Of a stretch of 64,000 bases of DNA, positions 62,410 to 64,000 are shown piece by piece; position 1 is the first letter of the stretch, and every line of letters begins with the position of its first letter. Under the pieces are notes generated by a model. It did no database searches, had not been told where the DNA came from, and saw only the letters and a list, made by a program, of their open reading frames with translations. Where the stretch lies: positions 108,042-172,041 of the forward strand of contig CAWHHI010000009.1 in the NCBI GenBank assembly GCA_963829055.1, read 5' to 3'. The position numbers were made by a program, and so were the translations under genes. This DNA is from an uncultured Gemmatimonadaceae bacterium. GTDB lineage: Bacteria > Gemmatimonadota > Gemmatimonadetes > Gemmatimonadales > Gemmatimonadaceae.

Positions 62410-63663
62410 CTACTGTCGTTCGGCGATCACTTCGCCGCGCGAGATCGCGAGATGGTAGGTCACGTTCAGTGACTTCGCGGCTTCACGAGCGAGGATCTGG
62501 TGGCCCGCCGCGCTCGGGTGAACGCCATCGAGCGAGATGAACGGACCGAACGGCTCGTCCGACGTCAGCAGCGTCGTCGCGCTGAACGGCGACTTCAGGC
62601 CACGCTGCCCGTACAGCGGCTCGAGGTCGAAGAAGGCAAAGCCATTCTCGGCCGCGACGTCCCGGATATGCGCGTTCATCTCGACCAGCTGCGCTTCCAG
62701 CGCGCTGACATCCGCCGGGGTCAGCACGTAGTCCTGCGTGCCCGGGACGTCGGCACAGCTCAGCGTGACGGCCGGCTGTCCCGCGATCGCTGCCGCGTAC
62801 GCGCCGACGACTTTCGCGGGAACGTAGATGAGGTTCTCGCTCCCGCTCCCGGCGCAGTCCGCACTCACGAAAATGCCGAACTGGGCGAGCTCCGCTCGAT
62901 TGGCGTCGAGCTCCGCGCCACGCCGCAAGCTCGGGAAGTTCCCGACGTCGGATAGCAGTCCGACGAGGAGCACCTTCGCGCCCGCGGTCTTCACGCCAGC
63001 GATGAGCTGGTCGTACGCGGGCCGCCACGCAGCCGTCGGGACGATCGTTAGGCCGGGGGCCACGAGTCCGGAGCGCGCCCCGAGCACCTCGTTCACCCCG
63101 AACTCCACGGAGACGAGGTCCGGCTGCAGGGCGAGCATCGCCGTGAGCTGCGTCTGTCCGGCGCCGAGCACGCGGCTGTAGAACGCCCCGCGGAGCGGCC
63201 ACGATGCCGGTGGTGGCGACTGCGGCGTGGTCGCCAGCGCGTTGGCGGTGATCGCTTCGGAGATGGCCAGGTTCTGCGTCGGCGCGACGATTCCGTTCAC
63301 GAGTGGCGTGCAGACGCTGCTGCGGACGAACGGGGATTCGCCATTCACGCGTCGGAGCGACGCGAGCGGCGATGCCAGCGGCGGCTGGCAGCCCGCTGCC
63401 TGCATCAGAGGTTGGGAGAAGGGCACACCGGCGAGCGCCGCGAGCTGCGCGGGCCAGGATTGCGCCTGATCGGCGCCAACGACGCCATTCGACATCACGC
63501 CCATGCTCAGACTGGTCCCCATGGCGACGTAGGTGCCGACGCGAGAGTGTTCGCCGAAGCTGAAGGACGGCGGCTGACGCGTTGACGCGGATGTCGGGTC
63601 GGTCGCGGCGTCGGCGCAGGCGGCGACCAGCGCCAGACACAAGAGCGGAAGTGTGCGGGTCAT
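62410..63663 (-). CDS. SGNH/GDSL-family hydrolase lipoprotein
   Basis: Intact ORF with lipobox LCLALVAAC. The SGNH blocks are YVAMGTSLSMG, FGVNEV and SLDGVHPSAAGHQ. Confidence 0.7.
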   Translation of the reverse strand: MTRTLPLLCLALVAACADAATDPTSASTRQPPSFSFGEHSRVGTYVAMGTSLSMGVMSNGVVGADQAQSWPAQLAALAGVPFSQPLMQAAGCQPPLASPLASLRRVNGESPFVRSSVCTPLVNGIVAPTQNLAISEAITANALATTPQSPPPASWPLRGAFYSRVLGAGQTQLTAMLALQPDLVSVEFGVNEVLGARSGLVAPGLTIVPTAAWRPAYDQLIAGVKTAGAKVLLVGLLSDVGNFPSLRRGAELDANRAELAQFGIFVSADCAGSGSENLIYVPAKVVGAYAAAIAGQPAVTLSCADVPGTQDYVLTPADVSALEAQLVEMNAHIRDVAAENGFAFFDLEPLYGQRGLKSPFSATTLLTSDEPFGPFISLDGVHPSAAGHQILAREAAKSLNVTYHLAISRGEVIAERQ

Positions 63664-64000
63664 GATGTCCCATCCTTTGGCAGGAGCCGTCTGCTGCGGC
63701 GCTGGTCGGGATGGCCAGGCCGCGGGACGTCCGTAGGTGCCGAGGACAGTACGAGCGCCGCGTTATCCGCCTGTGTCCCTGCCGTTATCTGGGCGATGCG
63801 AGCGTGGCCCGCGGGAGTTATGGAACTCCCCTCACCGGCGGTCTGCGTCGTGGAAGAGCGGCGGCGCGATGCTGTGGTCGTTAGGCGCTATGGGCCCGAA
63901 CGCGCGCGGTGCGGACAGTCCTGGCAGCTCAGTCGCCGCGTGGTGCGACCGTCGGCCACGGGACGCCGGCGTCCCCCAGGCGGAGCGCGTCCCTGCGGAT

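Noticed and set aside
63929-64000. An open minus-strand frame ending ...LRLGDAGVPWPTVAPRGD-stop (TGA at 63931..63929) that runs off the right edge.
   Set aside because: Only about 23 codons are visible and they contain no recognisable motif. That is insufficient to call a gene.

Overview
This is a high-GC bacterial chromosomal window. I estimate about two-thirds G+C by eye; single 60-nt lines I counted gave 65-73%. I recognise about 45 protein-coding genes and no rRNA, tRNA, CRISPR array, transposase or integrase. The gene content includes three paralogous Ser/Thr kinases that open with ...LERELGGGGMSRVFVAEE..., a PadR regulator with an ADOP-type duplicated FtsX permease, two SusC/SusD pairs plus a third TonB-dependent receptor, many secreted peptidases and amidohydrolases, an ECF sigma / anti-sigma / TPR-CHAT operon, and a BTAD regulator. 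I associate this mix with Gemmatimonadota/Acidobacteriota-like soil bacteria, but that is inference because no search was possible. Two window-wide signals are not explained by the gene list. (1) A non-palindromic octamer, GCCTAACG/CGTTAGGC, is scattered about once per kb: 67 cores and 43 exact 8-mers, against roughly 2-3 expected from base composition. It occurs in both orientations and in all reading frames. It forces otherwise avoided TTA/CTA codons and supplies five stop codons. It is completely absent from an 8-kb stretch (11.15-19.1 kb). (2) Roughly 45-50 reading-frame disruptions are packed into about 17 genes in a few dense clusters, while about 36 kb of neighbouring genes, including several 2-3 kb ORFs, are intact. 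This is either local indel-type assembly error or very recent pseudogenisation. I found no recognisable defence or mobile system. All functional calls rest on motifs I recognise in the translations, and none was verified by a database search.
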